Shown one piece after another: positions 26,525 to 40,527 of a stretch of DNA of 64,000 nt (the first letter of the stretch is position 1; every line of letters begins with the position of its first letter). Source of the stretch: Malacoraja senta (lineage: Eukaryota); the NCBI GenBank assembly GCA_038087875.1, contig CM075988.1:17238001-17302000 (forward strand), in the 5' to 3' direction. A program made the position numbers and the translations under genes. The notes beneath the pieces are model-generated. The model searched no databases, had not been told where the DNA came from, and was given only the letters and a program-made list of their open reading frames with translations.

Positions 26525-26952
26525 ACAGGGCTTGTATTCACTGGAATTTAGAAGGATGAGAGGGAATCTTATAAAAACATATACAGTAAAATTCTTAAGG
26601 GATTGGACAGGCTAGATGCAGGAAAAATGTTGGGGGAGTCCATAACCAGGGGTCACAGTTTAAGAATAAGGGGTAGGCCATTTAGGACTGAGATGAGGAA
26701 AAACCTTTTTCACCCAGAGAGTTGTGAATCTGTGGAATTCTCTGCCACAGTAGGCAGTGGAGGCCAATTCACTGGATGTTTTCAAGAGAGAGTTGGATAT
26801 AGCTCTTAGGGCTAACGGAATCAAGGGATATGGGGGGAAAGCAGGAACGGGGTACTGATTTTAGATGATCAGCCATGATCATATTGAATGGTGGTGCTGG
26901 CTCAAAGGGCCGAATGGCCTACTCCTGCACCTATTTTGTATGTTTCTATGTT
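26525..26952 (+). mobile_element. CR1 3' fragment
   Basis: DRLDAGKM...RGHSLRIRGRPFRTEMRK; tail ttttgtatgtttctatg. Confidence 0.85.
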
Positions 26953-28648
26953 TAGATACCATTTTCTAGCTGACCCCATGTTATTTTGATATATGTGTGA
27001 CCAATTTTGTGCACCATATTTTGTTGTGTACCCGACCCAAACGTGACCAATCCAGACCGACTTTGCTACAGCCAATCTAAACTCGACATGATCATGACAA
27101 ATCGGCACACGATCCTACCACAACCAATCAAAACCTGCCTTAGAATAGCCAATCCGAACCAACCTAACCATGGCCAGTCTGAAGCCACATCAAGGACTTG
27201 TGTTTACTCCATCCCCAATCATGCCCAGACACCGAGACTGAACGAGACAGGACATTCATACACGTGAAAGCCTCTCTGATCCACAGTAGTGCCTCATAGA
27301 AACATAGAAAATAGGTGCAGGTCCATTCAACCCTTCGAGCCAGCACCGCCATTCAATATGATCATGGCTGATCATCCAAAATCAGTATCCCGTTCCTGCT
27401 TTCTCCCCATATCCTTTAATTCCGTTCATGCACCCTCTAAAGGCAAATGTCACCTCCTGACTGTGGTGCTGAAGCTACGTTCTGTCGATCAAACAGTATT
27501 GCTGATTTGATCCATGTCTGGTTTTGCTGCTGATGACCTGATACTCTGTATCATAAGTACTTTGCACAACTTCTTTCCATATTTCCTTACAACATAGAAG
27601 GAAACCATTTGGCCCATCAAGTCAATGCTGACACCAGGAGTAATCCCGTTTCCCACTAATGTTTCTGGTAACCTATTCTCCACACATTCCATCAACATCT
27701 CACAGATTCTTCTATTTAGCTATGCACAAAGGCCAAATTTCGAATGTATAATTAAACTACAAGCCCGCACAGTTTTGAGAGGTGGGAGGAAACCCGCAAG
27801 GTGCATAATACACAGCACTGGAGATCAGGATTGAACCAGGATTGCTGGCATTGTTAGGTAGCAGCACTACCTGCTATGCCAGTGTGCTGCCCCAAAGGCT
27901 GAAGCTGTCACCTGGGCAACAATCTCCCTCCAATCCCTTGTCAAGTATCACACTATTCATTGACCACAAGTCAAACTGGAACTGTATCTTCCCATCCTGA
28001 CTTGTCCTTTGTTCCCTCTTGGGTTTAACATCTACCACACAGTCTCAATGAACAGTCGCAGAAAGTTGACGTAACATCGTCAAGCTCTTGCGTGTCTTGA
28101 ACTCTTCTGCCAGCTTCAGACAAACCATCAAGAGAAGAAATGTGAAGAAACCTGGAGGGAAACATTGTGACTTTGATTACACACTGAAGATCATTCATTG
28201 GTGACTGGTTCCGAGATTTCAAGTGACAGAATCGTGACACAAGTCAAATGCTGTTAACACTCTTAGTATTGATATATTTGAGCTTGTAAATGTTTCAAGA
28301 ATTTTCATGCACAAATAAGCCTGAGTTGAACAAGTGGGGAGATTGTAAATATTGAACTCATGGGAGAAGGTGGACAAATATTTGGTTGCGGCATTTTCCG
28401 ACCAGGACCAAGACTGAAATCTAGCATACGTACCTCCTTAACACCTTCAAATCTAGCCAAAATGAAGAAAATAAAACTTTGTGTTTCTGATACGTTAAAT
28501 GATTCTGAATGGAGGAGTGTTGAGATAGTTCTTAATGGCCATTCATGCAAAGCTAACTTGGCCACAACCTGCTGGGAGATGTTTGCCGACATGCGGAGAC
28601 AGACAAAGCATGTGGAAGGCTGATCCAGTAAACAACAGTGTTACAATA

Positions 28649-28830
28649 AGATAGAGAAAAAATGCAGGAGTAACTCAGCGGTGCAGGCAGCATCTCTGGA
28701 GAAAAGGAATAGGTGACCTGTTGGGTCGAGACTGTTCTTCAGACTGATGGGATGCTGCCTGACCCGCTGAGATATTCCAGTATTTTGTGTCTATCTTCAA
28801 TGTAAACCAGCTTCTGCTGTTCCTTCCTAT
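28649..28830. mobile_element. PLE-terminus-derived inverted-pair element
   Basis: TSD acagtgttacaata (28635-28648) / acagtgttacgata (28831-28844). Confidence 0.75.
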
Positions 28831-29242
28831 ACAGTGTTACGATATGCTGAGGACGATGAGCTGCGGTGAAATTTGGATAAGGTGTCTACAATGAAATGGG
28901 CAGGAGTGGCCATTCTTCTAAAATGTTGCCATGACCTTTTCAGGTCCTGACCTGAAACATCGCCTGTCCATTCCATCCACAGATGCTATCTGACCCATGG
29001 AGTTCCACCACCACTTTGTGTTTTTTGCATGAAACTGGCAGAAGTTGACAAATTATTTTGTTAACTTTAATAGACAGAAAATTGATTTAAAATTAAAATA
29101 CTGTAAGTGAGATAATCGTGCTATCGTGCATCTGGACAGAATTCAATGGTCATCACTTTACTTGGACCCATGTCAACCAAGCACCAATGGAAAAGTGGCA
29201 TAATATTTGTGACGACTATCCCATAGCTGTTACAGAAGTTAA

Positions 29243-29566
<324 letters not shown>

Positions 29567-32344
29567 TAATGCTAGTAAATTAAAACTTTTTCTTGGATGA
29601 CTGTTCCTTTTTCAAGCCAGACATAAGGATTTATGGTATTCAGGTACATTTGTTTCAGTGGAAGTGTGTAAACCATATATTGTGGGAAGGAACTGCAGAT
29701 GCTGGTTTATATCGAAGATAGACACAAAGTGCTGGAGTAACTCAGCGGGTCAGGCAGCAGCTCTGAAGAAAAGGAATAGTAACGCTTTGGGTCGGAACCT
29801 TTTAGACCTTTATTCTGAAGAAGCGTTCTGACCCAAAATGTCACCTATTCCTTTTTTCCAGAGGTGCTGCCTGACCAGCTGAACTAATCAAGCACTTTGT
29901 GTCTGTCTTCTGTATAAGACCATAGATCCTGTTATGGTTAAAAGATTGCTTAGCCATTCTAGGGTAATTGGTCTCTGTAAATTGCCTCTTATTTGTCGGG
30001 AGTGGATGAGAAAGTGGGATAACATAGAACAGGTGGTCGATGGTCGGTGTGGGCCGAAGGGCCTGTTTCCATGCTCTATCTCCAAACTAAACTAAACTAT
30101 GCTAAAAGGTGTGTGGTAGTATTGTCGTTATGTTGCTGGAGAAAGAACATGATGAACTTGGGACATTGTTAAGTATTCCTTGTTTAAGAGCTTGTAGTCA
30201 GAGGGGCAATGCGGAGAGAAGATGTCAGTTTGAGTACATACTTCTGCTGCAAGTACTGAAATAAATGGCAAGATCATCTGTTTTAGTGATGTCAGTTAAG
30301 AGATAAATATTTACAAGGGGACTGGAAGAACTCCCCTCTTCTTCAGAGCTGTATTGTGAAGTCCTTTACATCCACATTAAGGATGGATCATTAAACACAT
30401 CATCTCTCACAGCAATCCAACTGACTGTAGAGGCCACCATTAAAGAGTAAGCATTTGCTATTTTTTGTTCAAAAATTTGGAATTGCGAAGATAGTTTCAG
30501 TAAAAGGTATTGATCCCAGTTTTTCCTCGATTGGCCAATGTATAATGCAAGTGTCATTCCTGCGATTTTAATTGCCCCTCGTCATGGTAACTTCTACGTT
30601 TCATTTATGGGATTCATATGAGTATTGAACAAAGCAGAACGATGGAAAATGGTTGAGTTAGTGGATTAATTTATCACTTTTCTTTTAAGTCATTATTGAC
30701 AATATTATTCATGGGCAGCCTGATGGTGGTGCTGTTTGTGTGGAGTTTGCTTGCTCTTCCTGTGTGTTTTCTCCACGTGCTCTGATTTTCTGCCAAGTCC
30801 CAAACACATGCTGATAGATTAAATGGCCTCTGCGTTTTACCCCTAGTGTGGCTAAGTGAGAAAATTATAAAGGGGCATTGATAATCAAGGAAGAGAAATA
30901 TAAGTAGCAAGGGTGCATGGGAAATGAGTCATAGAACATGGAAACAGGCCCTTCAGCCCAACTTTCCTTGCCCACCATGATGCCCAATCTAAGCTAGTCC
31001 CATTTGCCCATACCTGGTCCGTATTCTTCTAAACATTTCCTATCCACGTAAGAAGATGGGAAATAGGGATGGGACATAATTGGCCTAATAGCAACCTTCT
31101 GCTTTGGATGAAGGAGGCGGGGATCTCCAATATATAAATATCATTGCATGTACTTAACCCCACAGCGTTGATATATTTGGGGGATTTGATCACCTTATCT
31201 GCCCGTTAGAAGCGACAGCAACTCGCATTGTACCAGGAGCAGACTCATCATATCATCCTAGGGCACATCAGAACTGGAAGTAAATGCCACCAGCAATGCC
31301 ATTCTCCCAAAAAGTAAATAAAATAAATTTCAATGCTGCCAATTCCCCAGTGTGATTTTTTTTTTCACTTTCTTTCTTCTTTTCGCAACTTTGAATTGTC
31401 GTTGCAAGGCCCAGGTGAGCAGTTGCTCAAAATCCCGTGCGAGATCCGTCTCGGAGCGGACTGGCTCAGGACCGGTTACCTGCGGTGCAGTCTGGCGTCA
31501 TGCCTCAGCTTGATGGTGCCGCAGTTATTTTTGGATGTCAAAGCCATTGACTGTGGAGAGGGTGAGAGAGAGGAAGTGTAGTGTTTACTCTATGGAGCAG
31601 TGATTTCCTCTCAGTGGATACTGATTGCTGGAACTGGCAGAGTGAGACAGAATCTCATACCCCATCCAGATTAAGTTCCAAACCAGTTGGCGCCTGCCCT
31701 CTGACAGGAAATATTGGGATGTAATCACAGAAATTAATAATGCAGCCTGTTCCTGTAACTCATGCCTCCTTGCATCAAATATTTAGGGAACGTGTAAATG
31801 CTGCAAAAAGGTACAATTAATAATTCTACATCTATTGGCCTTAATTACCAAGCGATTGTTCAGTAACCCATCACTGACTGGTTTCTCCAGTGGTAATTGA
31901 TCTCAAAGTTATCTTATTAGGGTAATGGGTTCCTGCTTTAAATCCTCCTCTCCTGGAAAGAGTGAGCATGGTTAGGATATGAAAGGAAGTCCCATGCTAC
32001 CCTTTACTCTTGTCCAGCCTAATTACATTGCCTTTCTTCATCCACATATTCTGCTAGTTACAGTCAGATCCATTGAGCAACCCTTGCACAGCTTCACGTT
32101 CAGCAAGGTAGGAGGATTATACATCGGAGTAATAGCAGGCTGCTTGGTCCCACCCATTCAGGGTTTCACTGGGAAGCCCATCCCAAATTGCCCATGGAAT
32201 GTTGGTGGTAATTAGCTCCTAGACGTCACCATCATCTTCTGGTAAGGATACTCCCGCTAAGCTATTGGGGAGGTTGTTCCAGGATTTTGACTCTGTGACA
32301 ATGATGGACTGGTGATAGATTTCCAAATCAGCGTTGCATATGAC

Positions 32345-33389
32345 TAGCAATGTTACAAAATGTTGAGATTTTAAAAATCTAGTCTGCAATTTTCCCCATC
32401 AAATAAAGCATAAAGAGAAGTTTAATTTGACACCTAATTCACTTTCATATCTTCAGTATTAAAAAAGTTATGGCCATTTTCATACTCGGAAATTAGCATC
32501 TTGTTCCCTATTGCTTTTCCATTGACTTAACAAAAAAGCTGTGATCAAGGACAGTCAAAAGCCCATAACTTTCTTAAAAATTAAGAGAACTGAATGAAAT
32601 TTTCAGTTATTATAGATTGAAGCATTCTGAAACAAATATGAAACAATGTTACTTGGATGACCTGAAATTAAAGCATATAATTAGTTAGTTACCCAATTGT
32701 AGCTAATTACAAAATTCAATTACTAGATCTAAAAATCTATCAATTTCTTAAGAAAAGGTTAACATTTTTAAAAAGCCTAAGTGTCCAAATAACATTCACA
32801 CAAGAATTCACAATATAACATGATTTTTAAATCTCATTGTCATGAATTTATAGGCCAAATGGAAGGAATTTAGTGTTTAATTCATGTAAATTAATGGGCA
32901 TTTAAATCATCTTGCGAGTGGGATTTTGTGGAACGCGCTGGTTTGGAACGTTGCATTTGCACTGAATTAAACCCCAATATCGGCAGGAAAAATACTGCCG
33001 GTTGGTATATTTAAATAATCACATTTTCAAAAATTGAAATTTTTATTAAAGGCATCCTAAGAAGCTAGTTTATATGAAAAAATAAACGGTGTACTTTGCC
33101 TTGTCCCGTGCGTGAAATCCGTTCCCGTTGTCGGCTTTGACGGCTTTAGAAGATGCTTTTTAATTTACTCCTGTTATGAAATTATCCAGTCCAGTTTAAA
33201 ATAAATTTAATAAAACCGATGGCGAAGCGATTTTTCTTCAGCTTCTAAACAGCCTTTTCAAAATCGATTTGAATAGTCTGGAGAAATACCGCATTTTAAA
33301 CCCGCCCCCCTCTCAAAGGCGCCAAAGTCGCGCACACGGGCAGTGACAGAACTGCAGCGCCGCTGAAGGTAAGTTTTGTAACATACCTA
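32345..33389. mobile_element. Non-autonomous hAT DNA transposon (1045 bp)
   Basis: 16-bp TIRs tagcaatgttacaaaa / ttttgtaacataccta (2 mismatches); perfect 8-bp TSD catatgac (32337-32344 and 33390-33397); AT-rich, no ORF. Confidence 0.9.
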
Positions 33390-33425
33390 CATATGACTTT
33401 GAAGGGAACCTGTAGAAGCTGATGT

Positions 33426-33656
33426 GTAGAAAGGAACTACAGATGCTGGTTTATACGGAAGATAGACTCGAGTAACTCAGTGGGTCAGGCAGCATCTCTG
33501 GACAACAAATGATTTGTTCAGGCCTTTACCTACCTCCAGTTCCCTCCCCTCTACTTTCAGTATGAAGAAGGGTTCCGACCCGAAACGTCACCCATCTTTT
33601 TCTCCAGAGATGCTGCCTGACTGACCCGTTGAGGTACCCCAGCACTTTGTGTCTAT
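33426..33656. mobile_element. PLE-terminus-derived inverted-pair element
   Basis: Core atgaagaagggttccgacccgaaacgtc (C3 mutated); TSD ctgtagaagctgatgt (33410-33425) / ctgcagaaggtgatgt (33657-33672). Confidence 0.75.
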
Positions 33657-35129
33657 CTGCAGAAGGTGATGTTGTCATCCACTTTAATCCCTTTCTTGAT
33701 GGTGGAGCTGTGGGTTTGGGAGGTGTCCGACCCGCGCGCGAAACCGCTTTTTACTGGGGAAAAAGGGAAGACTACCCTACCACTGACGCTCAATTTGATA
33801 TATTTCTATCGGGTCTGCCCTCAACCTCTGGCATCCCTGAGAAAACAATCCAGGTCTGTCCACTGCCCCCCTTCCCCCCTCCACCTCCTTCCCCTCCTCC
33901 CCCCATTCCTTGTAGCAAATACCCTCTACTCTAGGAATCTCAGCACCCATTCCAACGCCTCCACATCCTTCCTGCATTGGGGCAACCAGAACTGCAAAAC
34001 TGCATGCAATACTCCAAATAATCTATGTGGCACATGCTAGATATCCTTTAAAGACAAATCACATGGACCACTGCCCTTTGCTCTTCAGCCCAGCTTACCT
34101 GAAGTACACAATGGCTGCTGTGAGTAGCTGTTTCTAACACTCTATTCTCCTCACTCCCTTTGCCACCCTGTAGTAAGTCCTCCAACAGCTTCTGACGAGT
34201 GTTTTGCACGTTGAACCAGCAGTCTTGTGTTGCAGATCACACTCTGGCGTTTCAGCTAATGTAGCCTTGGGGGAAGGTACAGTTCAAAGCACTCAGCTGA
34301 ACAGCGCACATTTCATTTTGACGTCCCAGATATAATTATATTTTTATACATTTATTCTCCACGAGCTCGGAGATGGAAATCGGCACAGATTTCACATGCC
34401 CAATGTCACTGTCAGCTGCAGCTGAATGAAGTATATCCAAAGCAAAATGCCTCTTATATTTCCAAATTCATGTCCATTCCTGCATGTGCATTGTGATGGC
34501 AACAGTGAGCAGTTTCTGCTTCCCATACTTTGCACCCTGCGACCTCTGAATGAGATTACTGCGTTAGGAGTAGCTATATTCTGCATCCACAAGCCGCTGG
34601 GTTGAAGCTGTTGACATGCAATTCACAAAGAGGCCCAGAGAGTGATCAAACCAAGGCTCCCTTCACAATTGGCTGAATGTAAACACGCTGCAGTGTAAGC
34701 CTGCACTCTTCACTGAAACCTTCCACATTGCTACACGAAAGAATCTGAATCAATTTGATGTTAACCCTTCTTCATATGACACTGTAGCTGAGATGATCCA
34801 TCTGTACGGTTTGTTTTTAGTACCACAGGTGAAATAACAATTACAAGTTGTACCAATTTATAACACGGGCTGATTTTACGTTGACCTGAAATCAATGGCC
34901 AAGATCACACAGCGTAGGAAGAGGCCCTTTGGACCACGATGTCTATTTTCTGTTGTCCATCCTGAACATGGTGCCAGGTTAAACTGATCTTCTCTGCCCA
35001 CTCCTATCTCTCCACATGCCTATCCAAAGGCCTGTCAAATCGTATTTGCCTCCACCACCTCCTCCCCTGATAGCACATTCCAGGCACCCACCACTCTGTA
35101 TTAAAAATTTGCCCAACACTTTACCTTAG

Positions 35130-35395
35130 ACTTTGGAACGTAGAGATACAGTGTGGAAACAGGCCCTTCTGCCCACCGTGTCTACGCCGCCCAACGATCA
35201 CCCCGTACAATAGCACTATCCTGCACACTAGGGACAATATATCCTACAAGCCTACACGTCTTAGGAGTGTGGGATGAAACGATTACCCGGAGAAAACCCC
35301 CGCAGTCACAGGGAAAACGTCCAAACTCTATAGAGAGAGTACCCGTAGTTAGGATCGAACCTGGGTCTCTTGTGCTGTAAGATGATAACTCCATT
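35130..35395 (-). mobile_element. HE1-like SINE
   Basis: Reverse similarity to the 41720 copy. Confidence 0.75.
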
Positions 35396-35547
35396 GCTGA
35401 CCTTAAAGCTATTTCCTCAATTCTTTGCCATTTCCACACTGGCCTTCTGTCCTTTGGGTCCACACTGTTGGTTCCTCTGACACCCCAGGTACCAGCCTTT
35501 TTTTGGTGGGACCCCACTGCTTAGCGGCTGAGTGCAGCATTAGAGGC

Positions 35548-35880
35548 AGATTCAGATTCAGATTCAGAAAACTTTATTGTCTGTCGTAACAGAAAATCTT
35601 CTTTGACGTGGCTCAACATACAAACAGGACAATGTACTGATAAGCAGTCATACAACACAGATTTCTGCGAGCACACACCGAGTGTATAGATCTTAAAAGC
35701 AAGTATAAAGATTAAAAGCTGTAAAAATAGACAAGATGAAAGTTGTGGATACGTGTAAAGTGACAGTGCGTCAGGGTTAATTTGTCCATTGTTCATTTTT
35801 TATTTAAGCTGTTCATGGCAATGGGTATGAATGAGTTTTTGTGGATGTTTTTCTTAGATAGGGCAGTCTAACTGTATCTT
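35548..35880 (-). mobile_element. Rex-Babar-like LINE 3' end
   Basis: (TCTGAA)n tail; KNSFIPIAMN C-terminal remnant. Confidence 0.55.
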
Positions 35881-36961
35881 AAACGTTGGGATAGTCTCGG
35901 CATAGCATCAACTGCAAGTCATAGAATAGCCTTGTCAACCGGTGAGACCCCCCCCCCCCTCACCCCCAAAATCATCAGCTGTGAGAGCCTTCAATTTTAC
36001 AGACTGTTTGCTAATGCCCTCAATACACCAACACCAACACAGCTCGTTCGTGGAAGGGCAAGGGTGAGGCAGTTTGTATTTTCTTCGAGCCATTGTGGGC
36101 TAATGTTAGAGAGGAAATCCAAGTTCCAAATGATTTTCATTTCCAAGGACAGGCCATTTACTCCAGTTATCACACACATGCCAAAAAATTCACTTACATG
36201 ACATTGTTATCTCTGTGCCGCATAAGTAAATGTTAGGATAGATGACAACTGAAAATTATTTTTCCCCAGAATGAAAAGCAATAATGACTATTTCTGGGGA
36301 ATTTGACATCAGTCTTCAAAATTGCAGTGAGTCATCTTTACTAACCTGACACAGTTTCAGTGCTAGGGATTGATGTGTTGCCATCACACCCTGTGCATGG
36401 CTCCTTCTTAGAACAGCAACTTTGACCACACCGTGCCATTGGGCACTTCTGGCACAGCCTGGCCTTCCCAGTGTAATACTGGACTGGGATCTTTCCAGTA
36501 AAGTAGGTTGGTTTCCTCACCTTCCTGACCCCCCATCTCAACAATACACCACCTCTCAACCTCCAACCGCGCCCTTTACCCTCAGTCTGGTGTTATGGTT
36601 CAATGTGCATTTTATTGTCACGTGAGAAGTGCTCACACAGTGAAATTATTTTTCATATAAACAGTCCATGGGAATATTGCCATACCCCTGATCCTCGATT
36701 AGCAAGTGTACAGAAATAATCCACTGAGCCCGCATGCAAGAATCTCCATGTTTTGGCGCCATTTTCAAAGCCCACGCTCCAGTTCTTATGAGCGGTGCCC
36801 GTTCCAGGCAAGTCCTAGATTGTTGTGGCCCACCACCCATCTCCTTCCTTGGACATGACGTCCCTCTCCTCGCCTGCCCACCTTTGTACAGCAGGGGTGC
36901 TTCCCAACACACCCACACAATGGACCTCCACATTGATCCTGATCTAATTCCCTCCCCCTAG

Positions 36962-37400
36962 TGTCATAGATGATACAGTGTGGAAACAGGCCCTTCAGCT
37001 CAACTTGCCCACACCGGCCAACAAGTTCCAGCTACACTAGTCCTGCCTGCCCACATTTGGTCCATATCCCTCCAAACCTGTCCTATCCATGTATTTGTCT
37101 AACTGTATCTTAAACGTTGGGATAGTCCCAGCCTCAACTACCTCCTCTGGCAGCTCATTCCTTACACCCACCACCCTTTGTGTGAAAATGCTACCACTCG
37201 GATTCCTATTAAATCTTTTCCCCTTCCCCTATGTCCTCTGGTCCTCCATTCACCTCATCTGGGCAAGAGACTCTGTGCATCTACCTGATTTATTCCTATC
37301 ATGATTTAATACACCTCTATAAGATCACCCCTCATCCTCCTGCGCTCCAAGGAATAGTCCCAGCCTACTCAACCTCTGCCTATAGCTCACACCCTCTAGT
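36962..37400 (-). mobile_element. HER1/CR1 3' fragment
   Basis: Reverse of RGDL...VVGV.NELPEEVVEAG; tail gggcctgtttccacactgtatc. Confidence 0.8.
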
Positions 37401-37491
37401 CCCCCTCTACCTTTCTACTCAATTGTTGAATCCACCATTCATCTCCCCCCCCCCCCCCCCCCACTGATCCCAACCATTTGTCTCACCCTTT

Positions 37492-37980
37492 CTTTTTATT
37501 TCCATAAATAAACTTTATTCAGAATAAAGAAAAAATATATACAAAACAGCAACAGTGCAAACACTTCTGACTTTCTAAGCATGATATTCGGTAGTGCTCA
37601 CAAACTATCCTTATACCAAGCATCCTTGCCATTCATGTGACCCCCCCCCTCTGGGTTGATATCCCTTCCGTTATTTGAATGGTGTCTCCACCAGACCCTG
37701 CCCCCCCAAAGTCCTGCCGCTGAAGGACCCTAGACTGTGGTCCTCCCCCATTTGCCTCTCTCTTTCACCTTCCGAACGTGTGCTTCCAATGCTCCCAACA
37801 TACGACTGGTTCAGCCAGGCCTGGGGCTACTAGCCAACATCTGTCCCCACCCTGGACATGTGCTGCACCCAGTCTGTTGTAGGGTGGAACCAATGACCCA
37901 AATGGTTGTGACTTCCCCTCTGCTGTGGCAATGTGGCACAGTGTTTAGGGTGCACTGCACACACCAGGCAATGTAATTTT
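37492..37980 (-). mobile_element. Probable L1/Tx1-clade 3' fragment
   Basis: Poly-T and tttatt on + (AATAAA plus A-tail on -); Cys/His-rich degenerate coding remnant upstream. Confidence 0.4.
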
Positions 37981-38469
37981 ATTTCTTCACATCTGCATCC
38001 CTTCTGACAACTTGCTGATTTCCTCTTCCTGTGCTGTCGCAACGATCACTGTTCCTGTGAAGTTACAGTAGATAGATACAGTCATTCGAGATGTTAAAAG
38101 CCCTTTGATATCAGAAATGGAGGGACACTTAATCATATTGTACCAACAGCTGTTGCCTTTAACAATGTTTCTTAAAGACGCGTTTTAACAGCAGCCACCT
38201 GCTTTCAGGTAGAGCATTACCCGATAATAGTTAAATGGGACCTTAAATAGAGAGCTAGCATAAACTTGATGGGATTCTTCTCAGCCATAATTATTCTATG
38301 ATTTGACGGAAAAACTCTGCAAAAGCTTCACAGGAGCACCCTCGGCCTAAGAAGGAAACATTACAATGCAGTTGATCAAAACTTGTCTCAAATAATAGGT
38401 TATAAAGATTACTTTGAAGGAAAATAAGAAGTAGAATGTTTTCAGGAGGGAATTCCAGATCTAGGGGTG

Positions 38470-39095
38470 CAGAAAACAGTGTGGTAAAGAAGGCATCTGG
38501 TATGCTTGCCTTCATTGGGGGGGGGGGGCATTGAGTATAAGAGTAAGGATGTCATGATGCAACTTAATATGACTTTGGTTAGGCCACGTTTGGAAAAAAT
38601 TGCATGCAGTTCTGATCGCCACATCACAGGAAAGATGTGGAAGCTTTGGAAAGCTTTGCAGAGGTGGATTACCAGAGTTTTGCCGGGATTAGTAGGTATT
38701 AGCTACAGGGAAAGTTTGGACAGACTTGGATTGTTTTCTCTGGAACGCTGGAGTTTGTGGAAAGACCTGATAGAAGTATATAGGGTAGACAGTCAGAACC
38801 TTTTTCCATAGATGGAAACATCAAATTCTAGAGGACATAGCTTTAAAGTGAGAAGAGCAAAATGTAAAGGAGATGTGCAGCACAACATTTTTACACGGAG
38901 GATGGCGAGTGCCTGGAACGTGCTGCCAGGGTTGGTGGTTGAGGCAGATATGATAGTGGCATTTAGGACGCTATTTGATAGGCACATGGAGCGAATGGAG
39001 GTATCTGGATTACGCGCAGGTCGATCAGAAATGGGTTTTAGCATCATACTCAGCACAGACATTGTGGGCCGAAGGGCCTGATCTTATGCTGTATC
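38470..39095 (+). mobile_element. CR1/HER1 3' fragment
   Basis: GIEYKSKDVMMQL..TLVRP; SRGHSFKVR...AWNVLPG. Confidence 0.85.
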
Positions 39096-40437
39096 GATTG
39101 ACAAGATTGCTGATGGTGAGATGAAGAGCCTCAGGGACACACAATAATCAGAATTGGTTGAGTTCAGCGGTTCACAAAGGATAGGGTTGGAGCAGGTCTC
39201 AGAGATAGAGAGGTCCAGGTTCACAGGGGAACACAAACAACAAGGATAGAAATAGTAAAATCAAGTTGTTTGATGAATTTAGACCCAGTCAAAGTCACTG
39301 AATTTGGTGAAATTCAATGAGTTGAGGATTGAAGGTCAGTGAGCTCGGGACTAGTTGGAGTGAATAGGAATTGCCTCTGGACGAAAAAACATTCGATAAA
39401 CCTATTGAACGCAAAACATAAACAACTTCAGATCTTGTCACAACAATCGACAGAGCTGATGACCCGTCTTAAAGCAATTTATTTTATTACACTGGATAGA
39501 TACGAGAAACAGTCTGAGCCAAATGTTTTTAGGATAGTGTCCCTTTAAGAGAGAGATGTAGTTACAGATATCAGTAAGTGTGTGGATGATCCACATCCCT
39601 CTGTAATACTTAAGGTTATGTTGAAGTCCAGACTTTAATATGCAGAGCACTCCTGCAGTAACTAGCCAAGCCCTAGTTCACATTTACATTTTAAATGACA
39701 TAGGATTTGGATACTTATTGCTAACGGCCATTGATTGCTGTGCGGCTATTCTTGGCAAGCACTAAATTTTTTAAACATTTTTGTTCTGTCTATTGGATGG
39801 TAATAGAATAGTTTCCAGCTCTTGGCAGGCAGTGTTACCCTCTAACCTTCTGGGGTCTGGTTGTGACCCAGAGCAAAGCCTTGATGCTATGGCCCCGAAA
39901 ATGGGGCAACTTTCCGCCCAGGCATTAGGAGAAGCAAAGTCAAAACATTTATTCTTCATCTACCATTCAAAAGAAATCTTTCCCCCAAACCTGTTTCGAC
40001 TAATTCCTGCCCTTCGATCCACACGTGTATATATAAAGTTGGAAAACTTCTTGGTAACGATTCATAGGTACAGGCCCACCACCTATTTTCCGGCAACTGA
40101 TGGTCCAGTACCTCCTTTACTCCGGACAGAATTATGAGAGTGCACTTGAAATCCACCCCCGGAAGTCCCCCTGAAAATGGGAGGTGGCCGATCTCAACCT
40201 CATCGGGACTTCCACGGCCAATCAGCAGGACAAATTTGCCCCCCTGCAGCCGGGACTCTGGAACACCAGCCCGATCGGAGCCGGCAGATCCGTTCCCGTA
40301 GCCGAATTCAGAGGCCGACATTGTGGGCCGATATCTCGGCCCCTTGGTGACCTGGGTGGACCATTCTGGAACCGTTGGACTCCTCTCGGAGGCCGTGACC
40401 TCTGGTGTTCTGGCAAAACGGACGATCCAGAAAGGAT

Positions 40438-40527
40438 GTCTGAAGAAGGGTCTCGACCCGAAACGTCCCCCATTCCTTCTCTCCAGAGATGTTGCCTGAG
40501 TTACTCCAGCATTTTGTGTCTATCTTT
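40438..40527 (+). mobile_element. Minimal 90-bp hammerhead-headed insert
   Basis: Begins gt-CTGAAGA(40440)-a-gggtc tc gaccc-GAAAC-GTC(40467); direct repeat gatccagaaa at 40424-40433 and 40528-40537. Confidence 0.75.

Noticed and set aside
32100..32140. GLYIG as a GIY-YIG endonuclease remnant
   Set aside because: Too short, with no flanking PLE similarity.
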